From a virus: DNA of 64,000 bases. Within the stretch, counting starts at the first letter, position 1. Each line of letters starts with the position of its first letter. The notes beneath the pieces were generated by a model. The model ran no database searches, was not told the DNA's origin, and saw only the letters and a program-made list of their open reading frames with translations. The stretch lies in IMG/VR virus record IMGVR_UViG_3300049460_000196, positions 49,104 through 113,103 of that record; one strand, written 5' to 3'. Of the stretch, positions 17,722 through 24,847 are shown in pieces. The position numbers and the translations under genes were made by a program.

Positions 17722-17924
17722 TCAAGTCGCGTGCTGCTACGCCAAAGGAGAGCTGCCCATACGCCGCCCAAGACGACTTTTGGCTACATGCTTCTATCAA
17801 CATTTATCCCTGCCACATCACCATTCTATACCACCACTAGGGTTCGGCATTATGGCATTTCGCGGCTCGGGTGCTTCGCTCCACTCATTAAGGATGGCTG
17901 CTTCTAAGCCAACCACAAGCTTGA
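17722..17924 (-). ncRNA. 23S rRNA L11-binding domain (H43/H44) mimic RNA
   Basis: GGTTGGCTTAGAAGCAGCCATCCTT then, after an insert, GGCGTAGCAGCAC; closed by TCAAG/CTTGA. Confidence 0.75.
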
Positions 17925-17960
17925 CTCAAGTACCTGACTGGCTGTCAGGATTTGGAGAAA

Positions 17961-18036
17961 TGGTAGTTCCTGACGGGTTCGAACCATCGACATCCACTTT
18001 GTAAGAGTGGCGCTCTACCAGCTGAGCTAAGGAACC
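17961..18036 (-). tRNA. tRNA-Val(TAC)
   Basis: cloverleaf, CCA. Confidence 0.92.
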
Positions 18037-18038
18037 AT

Positions 18039-18114
18039 TGGGGTGAAGGATGGGGATCGAACCCACGACGACCGGAATCACAATCCGGGACTCTACCACT
18101 GAGCTACCTACACC
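18039..18114 (-). tRNA. tRNA-His(GTG)
   Basis: cloverleaf, G-1/C73, CCA. Confidence 0.92.
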
Positions 18115-18124
18115 ATTGAAACTG

Positions 18125-18793
18125 TTACGGAAACTTCATCTTTCGACCAAGCTTCCAATTTCGAGAAAGCCACAAATCAATGTCTTCTCGATTTATCTTT
18201 ATCGTGCGCTTTTCTATTTCAGAAAATATCCACATAGTGCCATACTGCGAGTTACCAGTACCGCGTGCGCTTTTTGATACGTTATCTCCAATTTTCTTCT
18301 TGGTTTCTTCGGTATGATTTTTACCTTTAAAACTGGGAGGCGGCGTGCCTGGTAAATTGGCTATGCCTGCTGATGATCTATTGGTTTTTGTTTGTTTTGC
18401 CCATTCGGGGTCATTATCTCTCAACCATTGCTGCCTTTGTTGACTGATCTTATTCTTGGCAGTTTGACGACATGAATCGGCATTAATGATATTGTTAGGC
18501 CAACTGCTACCACCTAAAGATATGTTCATACACATCGGATCAGTTAGCATTTCGGCACACACCAATTCTGCTTCGCGTTCTCTCAACCACTCCCTACTGA
18601 AGTAATGCTCGAGAATCGCACATACGTGATTTTCCTTACCGTGAACATTAACTGATCGCCCAAGCAGTTTGCCAGAACCAATATAACCGTCATTCAGGTC
18701 ATAAGTGCTGTGCATACCCAAGTAATATTTTCCAGTCACAATGCACGTGGTGCGATATATGTAATGATACTGTCTGTTGGTCATATCCGCCAT
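18125..18793 (-). CDS. GIY-YIG homing endonuclease (Seg-like) with NUMOD3
   Basis: YIYRTTC...YYLGMH...YIGSG and GKNHTEETKKKIG motifs. Confidence 0.9.
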   Translation of the reverse strand: MADMTNRQYHYIYRTTCIVTGKYYLGMHSTYDLNDGYIGSGKLLGRSVNVHGKENHVCAILEHYFSREWLREREAELVCAEMLTDPMCMNISLGGSSWPNNIINADSCRQTAKNKISQQRQQWLRDNDPEWAKQTKTNRSSAGIANLPGTPPPSFKGKNHTEETKKKIGDNVSKSARGTGNSQYGTMWIFSEIEKRTIKINREDIDLWLSRNWKLGRKMKFP

Positions 18794-18822
18794 TGTATAT
18801 GACCATTGATATGGTGCAATAA

Positions 18823-18915
18823 AGTATTAAGGGGTGGCCACCGAGAATTGAACTCGAGTAAACGGGATCACAACCCGCGTCATTAACCACTATGATATGG
18901 CCACACCTTAATACT
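18823..18915 (-). tRNA. tRNA-His(GTG) with extended acceptor helix, no CCA
   Basis: ends CCT; flanks AGTATTAAGG/CCTTAATACT pair. Confidence 0.8.
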
Positions 18916-18977
18916 CTAAAGTGACGGTTACGAGCTCCGTCAATCGCTCTATATTGCGCTCGCTTTCTACTACTGTT

Positions 18978-19051
18978 TGGCAGGCCATGAGGGAATCGAA
19001 CCCCCGTCCTTGGTTTTGGAGACCAGTACACTACCGTTGTGCTAATGACCT
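18978..19051 (-). tRNA. tRNA-Trp(CCA)
   Basis: cloverleaf, CCA. Confidence 0.9.
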
Positions 19052-19057
19052 AATGTA

Positions 19058-19140
19058 TGGCAGGAGCTGTGGGACTCGAACCCACGTGGATTTCTCGACG
19101 GCTTTGGAGACCGTTGCAATCGCCGCTATGCGAAACTCCT
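19058..19140 (-). tRNA. tRNA-Trp(CCA), long variable region
   Basis: loop CT-CCA-AA, ~12-nt variable region, CCA. Confidence 0.8.
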
Positions 19141-19222
19141 GTTGAAACTAATTGTACCTGAGCCTCGAATTCCACGACGCCAGTCTATCCTTCAGGTACG
19201 TTTTGACGTATTGCTTGGCAGC

Positions 19223-19555
19223 TTACGCTGCTTTGTCTGGATATTGCTCATCCAGAATATCGATGTAATACAGTGGGCTCATGCCAGGTTCCAGGAAATG
19301 GACCTTGCTGAAGCCGTTTGCTTCATCGATCATGCTATCTTGTGGCTGGATGGCGCCGGCATACTTACGGAAGCCTGGCTTGTTCATCATCTTGCCTGTT
19401 GCTGGATCAATGGAACCCCATTCAGTCCAGTCTGTTTTACTACGACCATCAATCGGTTCAACGAAGTAGCGTTTGCCAGTACGTTGCGAGTTGACGATAA
19501 AACGACCAGTGTCGTCTGTGTTGGTAAGGAACCGTTTAAGGAAGTCGGCATTCAT
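19223..19555 (-). CDS. hypothetical protein
   Basis: start MNADF, 110 aa. Confidence 0.7.
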   Translation of the reverse strand: MNADFLKRFLTNTDDTGRFIVNSQRTGKRYFVEPIDGRSKTDWTEWGSIDPATGKMMNKPGFRKYAGAIQPQDSMIDEANGFSKVHFLEPGMSPLYYIDILDEQYPDKAA

Positions 19556-19666
19556 GTTATTATTCTCGGGTTGATTTAAAATCTCCGAGACATTGTCATC
19601 GGAGCAGCTTAGATTGTGATGACAAAGTGGTACATGATAGCCTCCATGGCTGGTTAATAAAATGTT

Positions 19667-19743
19667 TGGAGCGGATAGCGAGGTTCGAACTCGCGACATT
19701 CACGTTGGCAACGTGATGCTCTACCAGACTGAGCTATATCCGC
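19667..19743 (-). tRNA. tRNA-Gly(GCC)
   Basis: cloverleaf, U73, CCA. Confidence 0.92.
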
Positions 19744-19749
19744 ATTGTT

Positions 19750-19824
19750 TGGCGACGCCTAGGGGGATCGAACCCCTGACCTTCGGATGGACAATCCACT
19801 GCTCTTCCGCTGAGCTAAGGCGCC
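19750..19824 (-). tRNA. tRNA-Asp(GTC)
   Basis: cloverleaf, G73, CCA. Confidence 0.88.
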
Positions 19825-19877
19825 AATTTGTTAGGAAATTTCCTTAAAGATGATTTGCATTCATGTTTAAAGAAACT

Positions 19878-19953
19878 TGGTGGACGCGGTGGGGTTCGAA
19901 CCCACGACCTTCGGATTAAGAGTCCGTTACTCTACCAGCTGAGTTACACGTCC
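19878..19953 (-). tRNA. tRNA-Lys(CTT)
   Basis: cloverleaf, CCA. Confidence 0.92.
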
Positions 19954-19959
19954 GTACTG

Positions 19960-20035
19960 TGGTGGAAGTGGAGGGACTCGAACCCCCGTCGCACCGGTTA
20001 AGAGCCGGGCCTCTAGCCTGTTGAGTTACACTTCC
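19960..20035 (-). tRNA. tRNA-Lys(CTT)
   Basis: cloverleaf, CCA. Confidence 0.88.
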
Positions 20036-20048
20036 AAGTGTATTTGAT

Positions 20049-20136
20049 TGGTGGGAGCAGTGGGGATCGAACCCACTCTGGACTTTCGTCTCGCCGGATT
20101 AAAAGTCCGGTGCCTACCCAATTCGGCATTACTCCC
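20049..20136 (-). tRNA. tRNA-Lys(TTT), long variable arm
   Basis: loop CT-TTT-AA, GAC-GAAA-GTC variable hairpin, CCA. Confidence 0.8.
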
Positions 20137-20146
20137 TGTGAAACAA

Positions 20147-20221
20147 TGGTAGGGCCGCAGGAGCTCGAATCCTGTTTGTCTGGTTAAAAGCCAGATACTT
20201 CACCATTAAAGTTTCAACCCC
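20147..20221 (-). tRNA. tRNA-Lys(TTT)
   Basis: divergent cloverleaf, CCA. Confidence 0.8.
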
Positions 20222-20367
20222 TTTGATTTGACGTGGCACACGTCGATCTCGGGGGTGGCAGGAGCAATCCAATCAAACAACTACACTTGGAATTACTTAG
20301 TCACCCCCGAAAGTTTGCCAGATTTGTCACTTTCCATGACAGGCTCCTTTCAGAAATGTAATTTGGA

Positions 20368-20490
20368 TATTGCGATTTACCAGGTATCCCAATGACGAGA
20401 CCAATCGCTCCAACAGGCTGGAGTTCCAGATGATGCGCATTCAACTCGCGTTGACCATACGTGCCACTCACGGCATAACACCTCGCAATA
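20368..20490 (-). ncRNA. putative structured RNA
   Basis: TATTGCGA/TCGCAATA terminal stem, internal hairpins, within the tRNA array. Confidence 0.4.
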
Positions 20491-20495
20491 AAACT

Positions 20496-20571
20496 TGGTG
20501 GAGGATATCGGGATCGAACCGATGACCTTTAGCTTGCAAAGCTACTGCTCTCCCAGCTGAGCTAATCCCCC
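20496..20571 (-). tRNA. tRNA-Ala(TGC)
   Basis: cloverleaf, G3.U70, CCA. Confidence 0.93.
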
Positions 20572-20661
20572 AGGGTGGCAATGTTTGTACCGGTATGGCA
20601 AACATCACCCGCACATGCCGACTAGAACCTTTTCAGGGGATGAGGACATGAACGTTTAACT

Positions 20662-20738
20662 TGGTCTCCAGTGCAAGATTCGAACTTGCGCCCCATGGTC
20701 CCAAACCACGTGGATTAACCTGACTTTCCTAACCGGAG
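20662..20738 (-). tRNA. tRNA-Pro(TGG)
   Basis: cloverleaf, CCA. Confidence 0.88.
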
Positions 20739-20787
20739 ATAAAAACTTGGTATCTAGTACTGGTCTCGAACCAGTGACCTCATCGAT

Positions 20788-21045
20788 TTAATCGATTGTA
20801 CCGTTGACTTTTATTTGTACAAGATCGCTAAACATTTTAGAGATCCCACTCAACTCATTCAAATAATCTTCCGTCAACTTATCGTCTTCGGTTAATTCAA
20901 CTTTTAAATTAAGTTCAGCTCTTTGTTCTTGTACTTGTTTGTGAATAAGTGCAGTGGCCACTTGCAATGTGTCGATTGGTAAACTACTCGCCAACATAGC
21001 TACTGCATTCCGAAGTGCCAATATTTGTACTTGAGTTGATGACAT
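20788..21045 (-). CDS. hypothetical protein inside split tRNA
   Basis: 85 aa, start MSSTQ after AGGAG. Confidence 0.65.
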   Translation of the reverse strand: MSSTQVQILALRNAVAMLASSLPIDTLQVATALIHKQVQEQRAELNLKVELTEDDKLTEDYLNELSGISKMFSDLVQIKVNGTID

Positions 21046-21104
21046 ATGATTCTCCTTTAGAACAAACAGGATGCACATGTTTTTGTCATACCGCAATATT
21101 ATTC

Positions 21105-21179
21105 TGGTACTCACGGAAGGAATTGAACCTTCGACCCTCTCCACGTCAAGGAGGCATTCTACCACTGAACTACGTGAGC
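21105..21179 (-). tRNA. tRNA-Val(GAC), nested in split tRNA
   Basis: cloverleaf, CCA. Confidence 0.9.
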
Positions 21180-21180
21180 A

Positions 21181-21534
21181 TTATCTTTTCTTGTTACCCC
21201 AGGTAGGGGTCTGTCTGTGGCAGTTTGGACACAGAAATCTCAAATTATCTGGATGATTGTTGGTCTTTACCCCATCCATATGGTCGATATCCAAACTAAG
21301 TGGTTTACCGCACCAGTCACTTACTGCACAACATGAACAGGCATAACCGTCGCGTTCCGTTAAGAACTTGATCATCGCCGGGCTATTATAATGAACAGCA
21401 CCTTGCAATATTTTCGGTTTGGTAACCGATATCCAGGTAAATGCGTGTTGGCATTTGTTCGAGCAGTATTTGCCATTAAATGCTGGCGGTTTATACTTTG
21501 TTGGTTTACCACAATTGATACATGATCTTTCCAT
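21181..21534 (-). CDS. HNH endonuclease
   Basis: LDIDHMDGVKTNNHPDNLRFLCPNCH; TATAAATA at 21552-21559. Confidence 0.9.
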   Translation of the reverse strand: MERSCINCGKPTKYKPPAFNGKYCSNKCQHAFTWISVTKPKILQGAVHYNSPAMIKFLTERDGYACSCCAVSDWCGKPLSLDIDHMDGVKTNNHPDNLRFLCPNCHRQTPTWGNKKR

Positions 21535-21616
21535 ATAAGCACCTTTTCAGGTATTTATAAGAGCGATCTGGTTCAACGATGTGCTCTACCAACTGAGCTA
21601 ACTAGATATTGAAACT

Positions 21617-21691
21617 TGGCAGCGAATCTAGGGCTCGAACCTAGGACCTTGAGATTCAAAATCTCCTGCTCTACCTCTGAGCTAATCCGCA
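21617..21691 (-). tRNA. tRNA-Gln(TTG)
   Basis: cloverleaf, CCA. Confidence 0.88.
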
Positions 21692-21700
21692 ACTGAAACT

Positions 21701-21780
21701 TGGCGACCTAGATGGGTATCGAACCCACCTGAATATCTTCCGTGACAGGGAAGTGACCACTCCATGCAGTCCCCTAGGCC
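21701..21780 (-). tRNA. tRNA-Asp(GTC)
   Basis: divergent D arm, loop CT-GTC-AC, CCA. Confidence 0.82.
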
Positions 21781-21797
21781 ATATTACTAATTGTCAA

Positions 21798-21869
21798 TGG
21801 TCCCTCGTGATGGAGTCGAACCACCCTATTAGCGTTCGTAGCGCCAATGCCGTATCCCACGGACGAGAG
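21798..21869 (-). tRNA. tRNA-Arg(ACG), compact fold
   Basis: 6-bp anticodon stem TTGGCG/CGCTAA, CCA. Confidence 0.75.
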
Positions 21870-21872
21870 AAA

Positions 21873-21977
21873 TATTCTTAGTTGCGGGCCCTGGATTTGA
21901 ACCAGGACAAGCATTAGATGTCTCGGGATTATGAGCCCCGCGTGTTACCAGGTTACACTAACCCGCGACTAAGAATA
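21873..21977 (-). tRNA. initiator-type tRNA(CAT) with long variable region and extended acceptor helix, no CCA
   Basis: C1.A72, G-rich anticodon stem, flanks TATTCTTAGT/ACTAAGAATA. Confidence 0.75.
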
Positions 21978-21997
21978 CTTGGTATTACATACTTGAA

Positions 21998-22076
21998 TGG
22001 TGCGTCAGGCAGGGTTCGAACCTGCATGTGTCCAGTTACCTTTCGCCTGGTTCGTAGCCAAGGGGGATACTGACGC
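21998..22076 (-). tRNA. tRNA-Arg(ACG) lacking a D arm
   Basis: GCGTCAG/CTGACGC, loop CT-ACG-AA, T arm, CCA. Confidence 0.7.
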
Positions 22077-22078
22077 TT

Positions 22079-22153
22079 TGGTAGTTCCTGTTGGGATCGA
22101 ACCAACGACCTTCGCCTTGTAAGGGCGCTGCGCTACCTCTGCGCCAAGGAACC
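22079..22153 (-). tRNA. tRNA-Val(TAC)
   Basis: cloverleaf, CCA. Confidence 0.92.
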
Positions 22154-22169
22154 ATTGCATTGTTGATTG

Positions 22170-22246
22170 TGGTCGCTTCTGATAGTATCGACGTATCGTC
22201 TACCCCTCTTCACGGGGCCGCTAGTACCATTCTCAGCTAAGAAGCA
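22170..22246 (-). tRNA. tRNA-Phe(GAA), degenerate T loop
   Basis: loop GT-GAA-GA, T loop GTCGATA, CCA. Confidence 0.65.
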
Positions 22247-22279
22247 AGTTTTTATCAACAACGATTTACTACAAAAATC

Positions 22280-22354
22280 TGGCAGGGAATGTTGGGCTTG
22301 AACCAACGACCTTCGGATTCAGAATCCGCTGCTCTACCTCTGAGCTAATCCCCA
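22280..22354 (-). tRNA. tRNA-Gln(CTG)
   Basis: cloverleaf, CCA. Confidence 0.88.
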
Positions 22355-22371
22355 ACTGTGTACTACTAAAC

Positions 22372-22446
22372 TGGTGCCCCAGGATGGAATCGAACCACCG
22401 CACGCTGCTTACAAAACAGCACCTCTACCATTAAGGATACAAGGGC
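22372..22446 (-). tRNA. tRNA-Thr(TGT)
   Basis: cloverleaf, CCA. Confidence 0.85.
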
Positions 22447-22450
22447 GTAA

Positions 22451-22554
22451 TATCGTTTGCTCCGAGAGCTGGATTCGAACCAGCGGCGGCCTTTACGGCG
22501 ACGGATTAACAGTCCGGTCTCTGCTACCACTCGAGTACCTCGGAGCAAACAATA
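22451..22554 (-). tRNA. tRNA-Asn(GTT), long variable arm, extended acceptor helix, no CCA
   Basis: loop CT-GTT-AA; flanks TATTGTTTGC/GCAAACGATA. Confidence 0.75.
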
Positions 22555-22563
22555 CTACCTATA

Positions 22564-22655
22564 AATCATATGCTGTCAAGACTGGGCTCGAACCAGTGAC
22601 CCGATGATTAACAGTCATCTGCTCTACCAACTGAGCTACATGACAGCATATGATT
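22564..22655 (-). tRNA. tRNA-Asn(GTT), extended acceptor helix, no CCA
   Basis: flanks AATCATATGC/GCATATGATT. Confidence 0.82.
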
Positions 22656-22663
22656 CATAAACT

Positions 22664-22741
22664 TGGTGGTGTTGGGCGGCCTCGAACCGCCAAGCAACAG
22701 GATCTCGACCTGTTAGGTATACCAATTCCCTTCACAACACC
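22664..22741 (-). tRNA. tRNA-Leu(GAG), short variable loop
   Basis: loop TC-GAG-AT, CCA. Confidence 0.78.
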
Positions 22742-22742
22742 T

Positions 22743-22819
22743 TGGTAGTCCCTGTTGGATTTGAACCAACGACCTATGCGTTATCAACACATTGCTCTAA
22801 CCAGCTGAGCTAAGGAACC
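22743..22819 (-). tRNA. tRNA-Ile(GAT)
   Basis: cloverleaf, CCA. Confidence 0.92.
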
Positions 22820-22829
22820 TTCGTATTAA

Positions 22830-22886
22830 CGGGATGACTTTTGGTTTCTGTTTTCAAAAGAAGTTTTTAGTTGCTGTACGCATCCC
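22830..22886 (-). ncRNA. stem+CAGCAA repeat RNA, copy B (TT-GAA-AA loop)
   Basis: GGGATG/CATCCC stem, GTACAGCAA. Confidence 0.7.
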
Positions 22887-22909
22887 ATAAGTCTTGCGAC
22901 TCATTTTCT

Positions 22910-22985
22910 TGGCTAGGGTTGATGGACTCGAACCACCGACATACGGGATCAAAACCCGCTGTTCTACCAACTGAACTAAACCCCA
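22910..22985 (-). tRNA. tRNA-Gln(TTG)
   Basis: cloverleaf, CCA. Confidence 0.9.
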
Positions 22986-22996
22986 ACTGTAAACCA

Positions 22997-23071
22997 TGGT
23001 CGTTGATATTGGTATCGAACCAATCTCTATGCCTTATCAAGACATTGCTAATCCATCTCAGCTAATCAACG
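22997..23071 (-). tRNA. tRNA-Ile(GAT)
   Basis: cloverleaf, CCA. Confidence 0.85.
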
Positions 23072-23081
23072 ATTTAATACT

Positions 23082-23158
23082 TGGCGGAACAGACGGGGCT
23101 CGAACCCGCGACCTTCGCCGTGACAGGGCGACGCTCTAACCAACTGAGCTACTGCTCC
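23082..23158 (-). tRNA. tRNA-Asp(GTC)
   Basis: canonical cloverleaf, CCA. Confidence 0.95.
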
Positions 23159-23202
23159 AACGACATGCAGGGCAGTTTTGCCTCACATCATGTTATGAAA
23201 TC

Positions 23203-23273
23203 TGGTGGACCGTACGGGACTCGAACCCGTGATAGAGCATTGCAAGTGCCCCGCCAACCCCTGAAGACAGCCC
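23203..23273 (-). tRNA. tRNA-Ala(TGC), reduced D arm
   Basis: G3.U70, loop CT-TGC-AA, CCA. Confidence 0.75.
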
Positions 23274-23293
23274 AGAAATCTTATTACTAAACT

Positions 23294-23369
23294 TGGTGCA
23301 GTCAACTGGTATCGAACCAGTATCCCCGGACTTTCAAACCGTCGCATAGACCATCTTTGCTATGACTGC
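23294..23369 (-). tRNA. tRNA-Phe(GAA)
   Basis: cloverleaf with weak anticodon stem, CCA. Confidence 0.78.
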
Positions 23370-23399
23370 ATGAAACTTGATTGCTCAAGTTCTAAAACT

Positions 23400-23474
23400 T
23401 GGTGCCCCCGGTTGGTATCGAACCAACCTCTACGACTTTTCAGGCCGTCGCTAATCCATCTCAGCTACAGGGGC
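23400..23474 (-). tRNA. tRNA-Phe(GAA)
   Basis: cloverleaf, CCA. Confidence 0.88.
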
Positions 23475-23479
23475 ATATT

Positions 23480-23598
23480 CACATTATTCAAATTCACTAT
23501 GTCAGATGTGAAGGGATCGAACCTTCGACCTCATGGTCCCAAACCACGCGCTCTCCCTGGCTGAGCTAACACCTGACATAATAAACTTGAATAATGTG
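23480..23598 (-). tRNA. tRNA-Pro(TGG) with 23-bp extended acceptor helix, no CCA
   Basis: flanks pair fully, with three G.U pairs. Confidence 0.8.
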
Positions 23599-23771
23599 TG
23601 TAAATGAATGTCGATGAACTGATCTTCATTTACACACATGAACTTGATTTTACTATCCGCGTTATCGCCGCGTGTTCATCCCAAGTTCCGCCCATTTGAC
23701 TCTCTTTTAAGTGTGAGCCGAGGATCTCGTTCCCTCATTTTCACTGTACTGCTTGCTGCTTTTCGTGTCCC

Positions 23772-23810
23772 AAAACAAAAAACCCCGGGACTTTTCAGTT
23801 TCCCGGGGTT
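23772..23810 (-). terminator. intrinsic terminator / attenuator upstream of the tRNA array
   Basis: AACCCCGGGA...TCCCGGGGTT followed by TTTTGTTTT. Confidence 0.85.
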
Positions 23811-23829
23811 CTGTGGAGGAGCTTAGACT

Positions 23830-23976
23830 TTACATCTTCGCTCGTCCCTTAATCCCGGGCACGGTAATATTAAACAACTTCGCATCAATCGCCAGCGGCC
23901 AGACAGCCATACGCACGGTCGCTGGAAGGCGGCGTGTCGCTTGCTGTTTAGGTTGATGGAAATTGAAGGCGTTCAT
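23830..23976 (-). CDS. putative 48-aa leader peptide
   Basis: MNAFNFHQPKQQATRRLPATVRMAVWPLAIDAKLFNITVPGIKGRAKM, stops ~20 nt before the terminator. Confidence 0.55.
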   Translation of the reverse strand: MNAFNFHQPKQQATRRLPATVRMAVWPLAIDAKLFNITVPGIKGRAKM

Positions 23977-24104
23977 TTTAATTTACTCGTTTCTCTCGAA
24001 AAGTTTATGCAGGGAACAACATTGCTCTCTGCTTCATATCTATTTAGTTAAGTGACTCAAATCCCTGCACAAAAGCACAGAAAACTGAGGTTTTAACAAA
24101 TAGC

Positions 24105-24239
24105 AACAAGTTTTAAGCCGTTCACTGTGGAAATTCGCATCCCACGTAATCGCCGCTGTACTATCCCCGCCGCCCCAGCACTACAAGAGCGCCTCAAATG
24201 CGATTCACCGGCAGGAAACATGAAAGCTTAAAACTTGTT
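24105..24239. ncRNA. putative structured RNA
   Basis: 14-bp terminal inverted repeat AACAAGTTTTAAGC/GCTTAAAACTTGTT. Confidence 0.5.
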
Positions 24240-24315
24240 ACCACTTAGTTTGTAACACTCTACAGCATAATTTATAAATGTCAAGAATTATTTTTGCCTT
24301 CTTGTCATTTATTTT

Positions 24316-24426
24316 CAGCTGTTAGGTTTGCCCCTGTCTGTTACCCAGGACTACTAGGCTATCGACCTGCGAACAAGTCTAAGCGCTCCATCTCGGGCGG
24401 ATGATCAGAGGCAAACCTAACAACTG
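24316..24426. ncRNA. putative structured RNA
   Basis: terminal inverted repeat TGTTAGGTTTGCC/GGCAAACCTAACA. Confidence 0.5.
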
Positions 24427-24602
24427 GCAATTTACTGCGTGCCACTTTGTTGCTGCATCATGTGTTGAACTTTACAGAACTAATTTCGTAAAGTCAAACA
24501 CTTTTTGAAATCTTTTTACAACAACGACATCTTGCTGTTTTGCTGCAACAGAAGCCACTTTACATGGCTTCCTGTGTCTGGTCAAATATGCTTTGACTTT
24601 AA

Positions 24603-24847
24603 CTGGATGGTCCGACGGTCGTTTTTACTGTTTATCGTGGAGTCCTCAGTAACGTAACTGTTGATGTCTTCCCCGGATCTAACCGAGCGTCAATCAACCA
24701 GCCCTTTATAGTTACTGCCATCGACTACACTATGGCACCTCGCTGCACCATGCGTCTAGTTCACGTCCTACTAGCAAATAGTTGAGTCTCAAGTATTGCT
24801 ACAATCTCCCAACACATCATTTTTAGGTGAGTTGCTGTACCCATCCA
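24603..24847 (-). ncRNA. stem+CAGCAA repeat RNA, copy C (long insert)
   Basis: TGGATGG/CCATCCA stem, GTACAGCAA. Confidence 0.65.

Larger units (their letters stand above)
20748..21607 (-). pseudogene. split tRNA, probably Phe(GAA) (5' half 21572-21607, 3' half 20748-20787)
   Basis: ATCTAGT/ACTAGAT and CATCG/CGATG perfect stems across a ~780-bp insert. Confidence 0.85.

Noticed and set aside
17722-17924. Calling this a true rRNA gene or host contamination
   Set aside because: Only ~25 nt match exactly, the motif is interrupted, and it sits between phage tRNAs on the same strand
21064-21100. Possible 3' remnant of a CAGCAA element (AAAAAC...GCATCCTGTT)
   Set aside because: No matching 5' strand or CAGCAA found; too short to call
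1635-21607. Group I introns as the explanation for interrupted tRNAs
   Set aside because: No P/Q/R/S core recognised; inserts are filled by promoter, ORFs and nested tRNAs. An Infernal scan would be needed to exclude this fully
15155-23956. Many 60-165 aa ORFs across the tRNA array
   Set aside because: They are translations of tRNA and ncRNA sequence
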